In this document: in pieces, positions 34,666 through 45,336 of the stretch
Numbering within the stretch: position 1 is the first letter of the stretch
Layout of the letters: every line of letters begins with the position of its first letter
Translations under genes and position numbers: made by a program
IMG/VR virus record: IMGVR_UViG_3300046170_000433
Span: 11,616 to 75,615 of that record
DNA: 64,000 bases
DNA from: a virus
Reading direction: 5' to 3' (one strand)
Notes under the pieces: model-generated
What the model was told of the DNA's origin: nothing
The model's database searches: none
Seen by the model: the letters and a program-made list of their open reading frames with translations, nothing else

Positions 34666-37033
34666 TTTGTACTACCTCCGATGTCAGCTTGGTTCTTACA
34701 CCTGAAACCTCTACAGTTCTACCTAATATTTTGAATGGCTGGTCTATACCTCTGAGGGTAATCACATCCTGGAAGTAATTACCCTGTGCAAATAATGGTA
34801 TCATAACCTCATTACTTAAATCCTCCAGCTCTTGCTCTACTTCCTCAACCTCGGTTTGCTGGGTTGTGCTGAATGTAGATAGTTTTACATTAGCAATAAC
34901 GGCGGTATCTGTGAACTCATCTTCAACATAACCACCAGCCACATAGGTAGAATAGTCAAATATGTCCGACATATGTAGTGCATATGACCTCATTTTCTTC
35001 TCCGAAAACTTGTCTTGCAGGTCGGTTTTCCCAAACTTTAATGTACATGGATAATCTAATCCATTTCTAGAGAACTCTCTATATGGCCCACGATCCACTT
35101 CGCTTGAACCATATCCATATCTTACAATTCTTGCCCCATAAAAATAAGTCTTACCTGCCTCAGGAGTAAAGTTTTCTGAATCAATAAACTTCTCAGGGGA
35201 GTAGGATATTGTGCCATCAGAATTAATAGTTTTAGCACATAGATGTGTACCCATTATAAATCTTCGACTATTGATGGCATCAGTAGGAAATAATGCAGTC
35301 ATTGCAGTCATTGCAAAATCTACCTGGGAGATAGTGCCTTGTAGCAAATCGTAACCAATCATGCCCCAATCCAATACAAGCGAAGTTTGATCTGCCACAT
35401 AACCTATCGGGGCAGTAGTTAAAATCTCTTGCGTCATTGGATTCTCAGCAGAATAAACATATTCGATTTCTGCATTAGATATAAGCCTCCAAAACTCAGG
35501 CCCATTCATATATTGTGGGAATGGGATAGGCTCTATAGATGCAGGGCTTACAACAAACACACCATTAAATCCGGCAAACATCTGTCGTTGCTCATCAATA
35601 TTTATAACGGTGTGCCTAAAGTCTGCCACACGCTCACCCTTATATCTCTCCTCATAGTAGAAAGCAGTATACTTATCCCCTCTACTTACAGAAAGATACC
35701 CAGTCTGTCTGTAAACCATCAACTTATCACCAAGCTTAGACATCCGTAAGATACGCGACCCATCCTCAGGGAAAGCAATTGAATCAGATGACTCTCTTAC
35801 CATTTCAAGCTCTGGGCTAAAAGTGTCGGGTTCTTTAAGTAATATAAAACTAGCTTTATCACCAACAGTTACATTCTGTGTGCTACCAGCTTGCTCATCT
35901 CCAGTACTTGTAACAACGCCATCCGAAGTGTTATTGTAAGCTCCTTGTAATACAATAAAGGTCTTACCCATTATCCAGTTCGAATTTAAAGAAACAATAT
36001 CTGCATCGTAAACCTTTGTTACTCCAAGTGAATCAGTTACTGTCATGCGTATTGAGTCGCCTGCAATAAATGTAGAATGCGAGTAATCTAAAGCAGCTAA
36101 CTCAGACTCTGTGAAGTAGTAATATGGATTATGTGTAAAACTCTCATATCCCGATGATCCTGTCTCACGAGTCCCACCAAGAGGATAATCCAAAGTAAGG
36201 GTGATAATTGCACCATTACTCATTGCATGAACCTTAGCATCGTAGTTTTGCCCAAAAAGATTTGGCGCTGCCCTAGCCTCACGCTGATCATCCGCCAGCC
36301 TCCAGGATGAAAACTCTATTATGTGTGGGACTTTATAAGTTGTTACATAATCATCATAATCATAAAAGAACTCAGGGATGTCATAGGGAAAATTTGCAGC
36401 ACCCATGAAATAACTGAAGTTATTTTCGATGGTTTCATCAAAGTACTCAACGTCAGCAATAAAAAGCCTACCATCAAACTCTGATATTGTGCCTACTCTA
36501 ACAATGCCCCTCTCTCTAAGTGAGAATAATGGGAAAGCACAGGGCCAGCCGTCTCGGTAAAACAAAGGTAAATCTACACCATTATTCATGATGCAATAAC
36601 CATCAATAGTAACAACCTCCCAACGAGTTGCCTCTAGATTATATTTATTTGCGATGCCGTGCTTTGTAGAACTGTAGCCTATTTTGTCTAAATTAAATAG
36701 ACCTTCGGCAATCAGTACCCACTCCTTGGTATCCTCTTTAAATCTGTATATTTTATCTCTACAAGCTGCAACCAGAACCTTTACACCCTCTGACTCGAAT
36801 TGATGTAACATACGAATAGGAGCATCAGAACTATCTAGCTTAGATACTTCTGATCCACCCACACTAAAGTTACTCCAACCCTCTCGTCTAACTTCCCCAT
36901 CCGTTTCTCTGCGGAAGTTAATCTTCTCTACATAATTATTAGCACCAGCAGTATCTTGTGAATTAGATCCTGATATTAGGTTTCCACCATCTGGCACCAT
37001 CAATGAGTAGTGCTTGTATGCTTTTTTCGCCAT
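34655..37033 (-). CDS. probable tail nozzle / packaged-DNA stabilisation protein
   Basis: 792 aa, beta-rich; N-terminal NFR...GEVRREG and EFDGRLFIA; position downstream of the adaptor. Confidence 0.6.
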   Translation of the reverse strand: MAKKAYKHYSLMVPDGGNLISGSNSQDTAGANNYVEKINFRRETDGEVRREGWSNFSVGGSEVSKLDSSDAPIRMLHQFESEGVKVLVAACRDKIYRFKEDTKEWVLIAEGLFNLDKIGYSSTKHGIANKYNLEATRWEVVTIDGYCIMNNGVDLPLFYRDGWPCAFPLFSLRERGIVRVGTISEFDGRLFIADVEYFDETIENNFSYFMGAANFPYDIPEFFYDYDDYVTTYKVPHIIEFSSWRLADDQREARAAPNLFGQNYDAKVHAMSNGAIITLTLDYPLGGTRETGSSGYESFTHNPYYYFTESELAALDYSHSTFIAGDSIRMTVTDSLGVTKVYDADIVSLNSNWIMGKTFIVLQGAYNNTSDGVVTSTGDEQAGSTQNVTVGDKASFILLKEPDTFSPELEMVRESSDSIAFPEDGSRILRMSKLGDKLMVYRQTGYLSVSRGDKYTAFYYEERYKGERVADFRHTVINIDEQRQMFAGFNGVFVVSPASIEPIPFPQYMNGPEFWRLISNAEIEYVYSAENPMTQEILTTAPIGYVADQTSLVLDWGMIGYDLLQGTISQVDFAMTAMTALFPTDAINSRRFIMGTHLCAKTINSDGTISYSPEKFIDSENFTPEAGKTYFYGARIVRYGYGSSEVDRGPYREFSRNGLDYPCTLKFGKTDLQDKFSEKKMRSYALHMSDIFDYSTYVAGGYVEDEFTDTAVIANVKLSTFSTTQQTEVEEVEQELEDLSNEVMIPLFAQGNYFQDVITLRGIDQPFKILGRTVEVSGVRTKLTSEVVQSGS

Positions 37034-38859
37034 TATGGGAAAATATATCCTGCTTGTGCATATGCTGTATTCTCAAGTGTCTCAACTCTGTCGAGTAAAC
37101 CTTGGTAGGCTGCAGTAAGACTATTATTAGATGCAACAAGATTATTATAAGTAGTCTGAAGGGTATCAAGATTAGACTGGAAAGTAACATCTTGCGCTTC
37201 AAGTGCAGTTGCCCTTGTTTCCAGAGCAGTTGCCCGACCCTCCACATTGGTAGCTCTTGTTTGCAGAGAAGTTATATCAGCATCATTGCCCGTTATCTGA
37301 TTCTGCAAGCCAGTTATATCATTATCTAAAGATGTATCCTTTGACTGCAATAAGCCAACAGATGACTCAAGGGCAGTCGCCCTATTTTGTACTGCGGTAA
37401 TATCTAAATCATTGCCGTCTATCTGTGTCTGTAGACCATTTACTTCAGCAGCAAGTGCCTCTGCAGCACCACTCTCGTTGGAGGTAATATGATCCTGTAA
37501 CTCCTTAAGTGTGTTATATGCATCGCCTGCTCCATTGAGCAGTTCGTTTATCTCTGTGTCAGTATATGCCTTAGCATCTACCAATGTCTGCGAGACATTT
37601 AAATTGGTAGTATCGATCTGTCCCTGCAATCCAGAGATGTCAGAGTCGAGTGATGTATCCTTTGCCTCAAGGTCAGTAGCTCTTGTCTCCAGTGAAGTAG
37701 CCCTTCCCTGCAAAGCTGCAACATCAACATCATTGGAAGATGTCTCTGCGAGAACCTCTGCTCTAACGGAAGCTAACTCTGTGAGGACATGCGATTGCGA
37801 TGAGGCTATGGATGCAGTAGCATCTGCCCTAGCTTGATCAATATTACCCTGTAGCGTAATGCTACTAAGCTCGGCACTTACCCTATTTGCTTCAACGGTA
37901 CTATTCGTATTGCCAATCGAGACTTCTATTTCGGCTCTTGTAGATGCAATTAAAGACCTGACTGCATTGTCTTTCTCTATTTCCTCTGCTCTGACAGAAC
38001 CCAAACTAACCTCTATTTCATTTACTGCTAGTGATACTATTGGTAGTACAATTCCTTGTACAGTTGGATTAAATAGACTGATTTGGTCTGTTCTCCATCT
38101 AGCTACATGAAACTTCTGATCTACCTCATCCTTGTCATAGAAGTTATCAAACAATGCAGCTTCCAAATTAAGGGTAACCTTATTCTGGTCGATCATTGCC
38201 TGTGTCTCAGCAGGTGTCATGAACAACTCGTCCAACCCTGATATTTCACTAGCTTGATGCCCATGCACTTCAGCTGCATACTTTGGCACATCATCGAGTG
38301 TAATAAAATTAGCTATTGAAACCTTCGTTGCATACTCGTTATGGAAATGCACCTCGGGTGCTTTAGAGTTTGCTAGCTCTTCTAGTTGAGTCTCTCTAGT
38401 ATTTAAATCAGCAATTGTTGCGAAAGTGCTAGGTAGTTGATCGACCTTGTAATTAGTGTCATCCCACTTTGCATCAAGCATCACTTCGTGTGCATCAAAG
38501 TTTGCTTGCAATGTTGACATCTGAGTTGTCAGTTCTGCATCTTTTGCAACCCTCTCAGATGACATCTGTGTAATGCTTGCATTTAAGGTGTTAGATAGCA
38601 CTGCGTCTGCATCTTGCATCTCTGCCGTAGATGGATGTGTACCCATGTAGTCATCTAGCTCTTGCTTTGTTTGGTCAGCTAGTGATTGCAATGCTGCCAT
38701 CGTTGTCTGTATAGCAGAAACAGATTCGCCGGAAGCCAATGCTCCGCTATTAACGTCATCTGTTAAGTGAGCTAAACTATCAATTAGTGTTGCAAAGGAT
38801 GACTCACCAATTCTCTGACCAGCTGAGAAGGATGATTTTAACTGAGTGCGACTAGCCAT
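37033..38859 (-). CDS. long coiled-coil fibre protein
   Basis: N-terminal LKSSFSAGQR...FATLIDS; heptad repeats LQxRATxLE; AKAYTD...LLNGA..AYNTLKEL. Confidence 0.75.
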   Translation of the reverse strand: MASRTQLKSSFSAGQRIGESSFATLIDSLAHLTDDVNSGALASGESVSAIQTTMAALQSLADQTKQELDDYMGTHPSTAEMQDADAVLSNTLNASITQMSSERVAKDAELTTQMSTLQANFDAHEVMLDAKWDDTNYKVDQLPSTFATIADLNTRETQLEELANSKAPEVHFHNEYATKVSIANFITLDDVPKYAAEVHGHQASEISGLDELFMTPAETQAMIDQNKVTLNLEAALFDNFYDKDEVDQKFHVARWRTDQISLFNPTVQGIVLPIVSLAVNEIEVSLGSVRAEEIEKDNAVRSLIASTRAEIEVSIGNTNSTVEANRVSAELSSITLQGNIDQARADATASIASSQSHVLTELASVRAEVLAETSSNDVDVAALQGRATSLETRATDLEAKDTSLDSDISGLQGQIDTTNLNVSQTLVDAKAYTDTEINELLNGAGDAYNTLKELQDHITSNESGAAEALAAEVNGLQTQIDGNDLDITAVQNRATALESSVGLLQSKDTSLDNDITGLQNQITGNDADITSLQTRATNVEGRATALETRATALEAQDVTFQSNLDTLQTTYNNLVASNNSLTAAYQGLLDRVETLENTAYAQAGYIFP

Positions 38860-38860
38860 A

Positions 38861-39596
38861 TTATCCTCCTAAAAGGAATCCTCCACCTTGGTCGAGAGAC
38901 TCGACTGGATTCTGTGTTGAAAGCACCTCGGGCTTATTAACGGCAATTTTCCGCCTTTCCCTTTGGTAATTTTGTAAGTTGGTCTGTGCTTGCGATGCGT
39001 CATCATTTACGTCCTTCATAAAATGATACTTCACAAAGTAGTGAACGGCCAAGGCCGCATCGTCACCTAAGTTGGTTTTATAAGATTTTTGTTCTGCTGT
39101 AGCCTCAAATAAAGGTTTATATACATACTCTTGGTTATAAAGTATGCTTAATGTCTCATTATCACCTAAGACTGGAGCAGTATAAAATTGACCCCTGTCA
39201 AAACTAATCTTTCCAGGGTAAGTAGCTGATCTTTTAGAATGCCCACCATCAAATATTGTGTGCCTCTTGTACGCAGGGTAAATATGAAGCCTATAATACT
39301 TTGATGTATCACCATCATCTTCTGGTAACTGCCTCAAGACTACATCGAGTATTCTTGCTGACTCTACATCGAATTGACCAATCATACATTGCTTTTCACC
39401 ATGCAACTCTAGCTCATCCTTACTAAACGACTCTTCCATGGGAGTTGTTCGTAGCTCAGGGATATACGCCATAAGGTCACGAACGCCTGCTACGACCATA
39501 CGATCACGGAACTTTTCTACTCCACGACCCTTTCTTAAACCATCGACTAGTAAGAGGTCATTGACCGTATCAGTTAAACTCTTGCCAAGTCTTCAT
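38861..39596 (-). CDS. probable head-tail adaptor; frameshift near 39575
   Basis: MKTWQEF(fs)TDTVNDLLLVDG...; C-terminal ALAVHYFVKY helix; position in the operon. Confidence 0.55.
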
Positions 39597-40057
39597 TTCC
39601 GGCCTCCTGGGGTGAAGTAAAATCCAAGTACCATAGGGGCGAGAACGATCACGAAATAAGCGCTTAAATGTCCAGTGGTAACCATAATGGCCTGCTGTTT
39701 AACAGGAAATGTGATGAGTCCAAAGAGGAACTCGGTTGCTCCTTCTCCTGTGGGGTTACTGAGGGTAATGATTTCTTGGCTGGGGAAAAGGGTGCAAAGT
39801 ATGATTGTTGCCGACAAGGTGGAGACGAGGACGAGTGCGAGCAACCTCCTTGTGGCACGAGTGAAAGCCCCACCAGGACCGCTATTAAGTTGTTCTTGAA
39901 ATTTAAGTGCAAATTCATTTCCTCTAGCCTCCCTAGCTAATTCTAATTCAAATTTTTGTTGGCGACTATCAGCTACAGCACCAAACACCCCTTTTAAAAC
40001 TGAACCCAAAGCTGCTGAACCGCCAGCAGTAAAGAACATTGTTACTAGCTCGATCAT
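39593..40057 (-). CDS. holin-like membrane protein
   Basis: N-terminal GG-rich helix, F..ATRR.LA, multiple TM segments, C-terminal LGFYF. Confidence 0.6.
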   Translation of the reverse strand: MIELVTMFFTAGGSAALGSVLKGVFGAVADSRQQKFELELAREARGNEFALKFQEQLNSGPGGAFTRATRRLLALVLVSTLSATIILCTLFPSQEIITLSNPTGEGATEFLFGLITFPVKQQAIMVTTGHLSAYFVIVLAPMVLGFYFTPGGRK

Positions 40058-40422
40058 CTATTAACTCCCTCCACCTTGTCTCTTAACCTATCTAGCTCTT
40101 TCTCAAGGTACTTGAGTCTCTCGAATTGCTGATGGTCTGATGTGATCGGTGAATCTTGCATTTCAACTAAATGATCAAGGTCTGCCTTGGCTTGCTCAGT
40201 AAACTTCTCTATATGCATAACTCTTGCAGATAAATCGCCCAGAAGTGTAGACTCATGCTGTACCCTACCCATCTGCATCTCCATGCTAGACATTCGGTTT
40301 GTAAGCTCACCCCAAAGCCAGACCCCACTAGCCACCGCTAGAATTAGTTTCCCAGCAAAAGCAGCATTGGTTTTCAACTGAGTGGACTCAGAAAAAGATG
40401 CCTCTGACTCATTTTTAGTCAT
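40054..40422 (-). CDS. single-TM coiled-coil protein (lysis-region)
   Basis: LILAVASGVWLWG TM followed by a coiled coil. Confidence 0.6.
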   Translation of the reverse strand: MTKNESEASFSESTQLKTNAAFAGKLILAVASGVWLWGELTNRMSSMEMQMGRVQHESTLLGDLSARVMHIEKFTEQAKADLDHLVEMQDSPITSDHQQFERLKYLEKELDRLRDKVEGVNR

Positions 40423-40434
40423 CTTGCCCGAAAT

Positions 40435-41364
40435 CTATGATCTGTAGTAACCGCTTACCTGACCATCTACCTTAAACTCATCTAAGCTCTTAGTACAGAA
40501 ATACTCCTTGGTTGTGCCTGCAATTAGGGTTTCACTAAAGTTATTAGCTTTGAAAACCTCGAACGAATCTATTTGTTGGACACCCCCACCTTCTGAAGCA
40601 AAACCTATTACATATGTGCTTAGGTTATCTATCTCGTCTAAAAGCCCTGCACCAATTGAGGTGTATGTCTCCCCTGATGCGATTAGAGATACAAACGCAC
40701 CTGCTTCGTAGCGATCAACTTGGATGGTAAAATCACTATTTACACGTCGTATTATTGCTCTGTGCCAGACATTAAGCTGTATGTCAGCAGAAGAAGCTGG
40801 CTCGAACTCAGTTTCGCCAACACGCGCTTTTATGGATAGATCGGGTTTAATCCTAATAGCAGCAGCAGGGAAATTAATATCTATACTAGCTTTCTTGGTG
40901 TAGACACCTAATGGCTGTAAATCATCCTGTATGCTTTTGATTTTAAATAATACGGTATAATTAAGCTCAGGTGATAAAGGTACAACTGGTACAGTTGCAT
41001 AAGCAGAAGATCCTGCTTCGTAACTTAACTCAACTACTTGGCTATCCCCAAAGGGTGTCGTTTGCATGTTAGTATCGATTCTAACAGTGGGAGAATCAGG
41101 TGCGATACCAACGGTTTCTTCATCAAAGTACCTAGAGAAGACCAATACTTTTTGCTCGACCAGTATGTTATTACTAGTGGCATTTGTCATGCGAAATGAC
41201 TTTGCAGTAATGGATGGCAAATGATCGTTATCAGCCTCGTAAGGCCCATGCACAGAAGGGTGTTGATTGACAAGCAAGTGGTTGTCCGTAACCCCGATTA
41301 TAGGATTAAAATCTTCAGACGAATACTTGTCCCTCCCTATTGCATTTATGTTAACGGTATTCAT
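40435..41364 (-). CDS. structural protein with LamG/ConA-like beta-sandwich
   Basis: YTVLFKIK...NVWHRAIIRR...IQVD...IGF...IDSFEVF. Confidence 0.55.
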   Translation of the reverse strand: MNTVNINAIGRDKYSSEDFNPIIGVTDNHLLVNQHPSVHGPYEADNDHLPSITAKSFRMTNATSNNILVEQKVLVFSRYFDEETVGIAPDSPTVRIDTNMQTTPFGDSQVVELSYEAGSSAYATVPVVPLSPELNYTVLFKIKSIQDDLQPLGVYTKKASIDINFPAAAIRIKPDLSIKARVGETEFEPASSADIQLNVWHRAIIRRVNSDFTIQVDRYEAGAFVSLIASGETYTSIGAGLLDEIDNLSTYVIGFASEGGGVQQIDSFEVFKANNFSETLIAGTTKEYFCTKSLDEFKVDGQVSGYYRS

Positions 41365-41507
41365 TTCTCGCTAAGCTTTTTGTAAATGGCTATTGCCATG
41401 TAGATTGTCGTGAATGTTGCTGCAAAGCTAGCGGCAACTAAGTGGTATTCAGCTAGACCAAACGATGCCACCCAGCCGACAGTTCCGACCGTAGTGTGCT
41501 GATCCAT
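41361..41507 (-). CDS. 48-aa hydrophobic holin-like peptide (not in ORF track)
   Basis: MDQHTTVGTVGWVASFGLAEYHLVAASFAATFTTIYMAIAIYKKLSEK; abuts the upstream stop and overlaps the downstream start (ATGA). Confidence 0.65.
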   Translation of the reverse strand: MDQHTTVGTVGWVASFGLAEYHLVAASFAATFTTIYMAIAIYKKLSEK

Positions 41508-41915
41508 TTACTTCTTACCTTTCTTAGCTTTAGGCTTTGGAGCAGGCTCTTCCTCTAATGGCTTTTCTACCTCAACAACATCTACCTCAATTAAATCTTT
41601 TGGGTTATCCGAAGAAGATGGTTTTCCAGCTTCGCTCTTTATTTCCTCCGCATAACTTGCATTTGGGTTTTTCTCCGGCTCTTGCTTTATTGTTGCGAAG
41701 TTGCGAAATGCTATTTTCTCCCCCCCGACTTTTTTTTTGTACCAGTCCCAATCAGCTTCAGATAATTCCATAACACCAGGAACATCTTTCAGCTCTTCAG
41801 CAACTTTATCTTCTACTTCAGCAAGACCTACCCAAGATGATCCAATGAGTACAGGTATAAAACCCTCATATCCGTTATAGTCTTTATTAGCATTTTCAAA
41901 ATGTAAATATTTCAT
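41508..41915 (-). CDS. hypothetical protein downstream of capsid gene
   Basis: 135 aa with a PKPKAKKGKK tail. Confidence 0.7.
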   Translation of the reverse strand: MKYLHFENANKDYNGYEGFIPVLIGSSWVGLAEVEDKVAEELKDVPGVMELSEADWDWYKKKVGGEKIAFRNFATIKQEPEKNPNASYAEEIKSEAGKPSSSDNPKDLIEVDVVEVEKPLEEEPAPKPKAKKGKK

Positions 41916-41924
41916 AATCTATGT

Positions 41925-41964
41925 AAATAAGACGGGAGGCTCCGCATACGCAGCGCCTCCCGTC
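41925..41964 (-). terminator. rho-independent terminator after the major capsid gene
   Basis: GACGGGAGGC...GCCTCCCGTC stem followed by TTATTT on the minus strand. Confidence 0.75.
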
Positions 41965-42001
41965 CGTTCATGAGTGATGAGATGTGGAAGGCTTAATCGA
42001 C

Positions 42002-43885
42002 TCAGAATGAGTGGGTCGTGCCACCCAATGTGAACTGTACCGAATCGGAAATGTTTTCCAAGATAAGGTGACGGTGTGGACGATCCATCATCGTAGTCCA
42101 TTTTGTGGAACGAAGATTGAAGGTACGTTTCACCGAGTCCATACGGCAGCTGTAAAGACGATCAACTTCTGGATGAGGCTGTGTTCGTGTAACGCTGTTA
42201 GTGCCAGCGATTCCGATCTTAACGTCACTCCAATCAACGAGCCAAAGCATACGATGAGTTGAGGTGAACTTGGAAGCATCTCCTCCACTGAAGACATCAT
42301 CGCCAGAGCGTGTGCCATCAATAAGGTACTTCTGACCAGAACCAACGTTAAGGAGGTCATCGAACATTGGGTCATGGAAGACAGCCAACTGAACTCCAAC
42401 ATCAGGGATGTCGTAAACGTTGTAGTTGAAGAGAATAATCCCGTTATGCTCAATCGTCTGATTGATATTAGCATTACGCTGAGTCTCCCATCCGTAACGG
42501 AGTTTGTAGTAGGAGTTGAATGCCTCGAAGATTTTGACTGCGGTCAAACGGTCGGTCATTACGTCGATCACCGAAATGGTGTCTCCGTCCTGCTCACGGT
42601 TACGCTTGAGGAAGTACAAGTCAGAGAACAAGGAATCAAGATCAAGAGCGTTTCCGCCATTGTCCTTAATACGACCACCTTCACGAAGAAGACTCTTGAT
42701 ACCAAGCGCGTTGGCTTTGTACTCGAGTGTGCAGTTGGTGTCTTCTGGGTCAGCAACGCCAGGTAACTGCATGTAAGTCTCAGGCTTCTGAGCATCGCTG
42801 AGTGCTTGGTTGTACCATACAGCACGATTCCATTGATCTTGGGAAACCTTGGAAGCAATTTTGTTTTGCTCAGCCAATGGTTGGTAGACCATGGAAGAAA
42901 GATAAGGATTAACCTTGCCAGACATGATTTGCTCAAGAGTTTTCTTGTAGCTATCGTTGACCTCACGAGATTCACGAGTGGTTTGCAACCAGTTGACAAG
43001 TAAGCGAACGCTCATGTCGGTTGGTTGATTTCTGCACCATGACTCATAGTCGTTGATGTTGTTGGCAATGGTTTGAAGAATACCTGCGGTAGGTGCGAAT
43101 TTAGCTTGCTCAGGCGCCGGAAGCGTAGAGAAACTAGCACTTGCTGGAACTTCTTTACCAGTTGGGCGAAGAATAACTTCAGCTTTAGCAATTGTTCCCG
43201 TGTTGCCAGAGTTAGCACCATCAGCGTTGGTAGCACCAACGATCATGAACTGAACCTCTACAACTGCTCCTCCACTTGTCCAGTGGTTAACAATAACATA
43301 TCCACCAGGAAGGAAGTAACGTTCGATGTTGCCAATAGGAGTTACCCAATCAGAGCCACCCAAATTAACGGTTATTTTATAATCACCAGCTTTATTAGTG
43401 TAAGAAGGATCATAGGCATCAGAACCTGAAGCACTTGAACCGCCCTCAATGGCAAAATAGTTTGCATTGATAACAGAGCGTTGTCTGCGCTGAATGTATG
43501 GCAAGATGATTGATTGCTCAGCAATATTTTGCTTATTGATCAATGGCTTGATGTTCTGCACGGAAGAAGTAAGAAGAGTGGTAAGTCCACGTTCTTCAAC
43601 CCCAAGGGTTTTGGCTTCAGCAGCAGATGCAATAACTCTTGCTAGGTCGATTTCCTTGTTACCAAGTGCTTCGAACTCACCAGGTGTTAAACCTTTGATG
43701 TGTGCCTTAGTTAAGGTGCAGCCCGTAGAGCTATCGACTTTAATAATACGAGGTAGGGCGTCATAACCCGAACCTTGTGATCCAGGAATTAAGGAACTTG
43801 GCGAAGACGCAGTAGGTTGCGCCATTGCTGTGTTCTGATACCCAGAAGTAGTAAATTGTCCTGAATTTGATATTTCGTTTGCCAT
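42002..43885 (-). CDS. probable major capsid protein (627 aa)
   Basis: Follows portal and scaffold; AAC/TAC/ATC/CGT-rich codon use suggests high expression; has its own upstream site and downstream terminator. Confidence 0.7.
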   Translation of the reverse strand: MANEISNSGQFTTSGYQNTAMAQPTASSPSSLIPGSQGSGYDALPRIIKVDSSTGCTLTKAHIKGLTPGEFEALGNKEIDLARVIASAAEAKTLGVEERGLTTLLTSSVQNIKPLINKQNIAEQSIILPYIQRRQRSVINANYFAIEGGSSASGSDAYDPSYTNKAGDYKITVNLGGSDWVTPIGNIERYFLPGGYVIVNHWTSGGAVVEVQFMIVGATNADGANSGNTGTIAKAEVILRPTGKEVPASASFSTLPAPEQAKFAPTAGILQTIANNINDYESWCRNQPTDMSVRLLVNWLQTTRESREVNDSYKKTLEQIMSGKVNPYLSSMVYQPLAEQNKIASKVSQDQWNRAVWYNQALSDAQKPETYMQLPGVADPEDTNCTLEYKANALGIKSLLREGGRIKDNGGNALDLDSLFSDLYFLKRNREQDGDTISVIDVMTDRLTAVKIFEAFNSYYKLRYGWETQRNANINQTIEHNGIILFNYNVYDIPDVGVQLAVFHDPMFDDLLNVGSGQKYLIDGTRSGDDVFSGGDASKFTSTHRMLWLVDWSDVKIGIAGTNSVTRTQPHPEVDRLYSCRMDSVKRTFNLRSTKWTTMMDRPHRHLILENISDSVQFTLGGTTHSF

Positions 43886-43892
43886 AATAATT

Positions 43893-43916
43893 TGTAACTT
43901 AGTTAATTTGGTTACA
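43893..43916. promoter_or_regulatory. 24-bp palindrome upstream of the capsid gene
   Basis: TGTAACTTA-GTTAAT-TTGGTTACA; ATG at 43885. Confidence 0.75.
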
Positions 43917-44025
43917 AACAGAATAGCGTCTTACATATCAAAATTCTATAAACGCTGATTTTACCCCTAATTTAATGGGGGTGTATCTAGAATAGCTTTC
44001 TTAATTGAAAGCCAAAAGATGCATT

Positions 44026-45333
44026 TTATAATCCCAAGAGGGACAAAACCTTGTTCTCTCCTTGATCTGAATTACCTGTTTCCATGGATGGCCCAGGTCT
44101 TGGAGATGGGTTCATTCTTTTTGCAGATTGTTCTACTTGAGGAGTTTGCGTATTTTGCACTGGAGCTGACTTCCTTACAAAACCAGATGACTGAAGCTCT
44201 TCCAAGCTCTTGGCTATCTGCTTACTCATGGAGTCACCTGCACGTTTAGCGAGAAGTTGCATCACATCTGAATCTGAAAAGGTATAGTATTTATTTCGGT
44301 CTGATTCAGGAACATGAGGGTATCTTTCTCTTCGCACAAAAGTTTTTCCTCCTCTTTTCGTTTTACCAGATTGTATGAATGCTTCTTGCTCTTGATTGAT
44401 CCAGTTAGACAATCGTATATGAACTGGATTCTTTTCGTCAAAATCAACAATGTCAGAAGCAATACCATGGAAAGCTTCAATCATTTTATTTGCATCCCCA
44501 AGAACACGATCAACTATCTTAGCTTCTAACCCATGAGTCTTAGTAAACTGAGGATTTTTCCTAAACTGCTCCATAATCTCTGCTGGCACAGCTTTAGCAA
44601 CTAGCTTCTTCGATTCCTCTATAGCTTTCTTAGCTACAGGCTCTGCGCGCATACGATGCAACTCTCTTTGCTGTTTCTGTATTTCGGGAGTTAGCTTTTG
44701 CAAAGCATTCTCTTCTGCCTGCTTTTGTATTTTAGCTTCCTTAACTTGGTTAGCATTAAACTGAACTTTGTTTTGAGCTAAAAACCTTTTGTAATCTTCA
44801 TCCTCTTGAAAATCTAAATCAGGATCCTCTTGGATTCTTTTCTCAAGGTAGTTTTTGTGATTCCTAAAGAACTGTAAGTACTCGGCATCTTTACCCTTAA
44901 AGCCATCAACATTTGAACTAGCCCACTTAGCTAACTCATATCTCTCTTTTTCAGCATCATTTAAAGCACTTGTGTCTACATTAGTAGATCGTGGCTTTGG
45001 TGGTATTTTTGTTTGTGGCTTAAAGTCAGGATCTATAATTTTTTTCTTACGAGCTACTCTTTTCTTAGGAGCTTCTTTTACCTCCTCAGTAGCTTGTGGC
45101 TCTTCGGTAGCTTCCTCTTCTTGCTGTGGCTCATTCTCACCCACCTCTATATCATGCAATGCACTCTGCAAGCTACTGGGTGGAGTAAACTCTTCTTCCT
45201 CTTCCCCCTCCTCAGGCTCTTCCTTTTCAACGGCTTTAAATAAAGCATTAAAAATTGGATTAGAGGAATCTTCCTCCTCTACTTCCGGCGTTTCCTCTAC
45301 ATTCTCGTTTTCTTTAACTTCTTCTTCGCTCAT
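44026..45333 (-). CDS. probable scaffolding protein
   Basis: Acidic disordered N-terminus and helical body; lies between portal and capsid. Confidence 0.6.
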   Translation of the reverse strand: MSEEEVKENENVEETPEVEEEDSSNPIFNALFKAVEKEEPEEGEEEEEFTPPSSLQSALHDIEVGENEPQQEEEATEEPQATEEVKEAPKKRVARKKKIIDPDFKPQTKIPPKPRSTNVDTSALNDAEKERYELAKWASSNVDGFKGKDAEYLQFFRNHKNYLEKRIQEDPDLDFQEDEDYKRFLAQNKVQFNANQVKEAKIQKQAEENALQKLTPEIQKQQRELHRMRAEPVAKKAIEESKKLVAKAVPAEIMEQFRKNPQFTKTHGLEAKIVDRVLGDANKMIEAFHGIASDIVDFDEKNPVHIRLSNWINQEQEAFIQSGKTKRGGKTFVRRERYPHVPESDRNKYYTFSDSDVMQLLAKRAGDSMSKQIAKSLEELQSSGFVRKSAPVQNTQTPQVEQSAKRMNPSPRPGPSMETGNSDQGENKVLSLLGL

Positions 45334-45336
45334 AAA

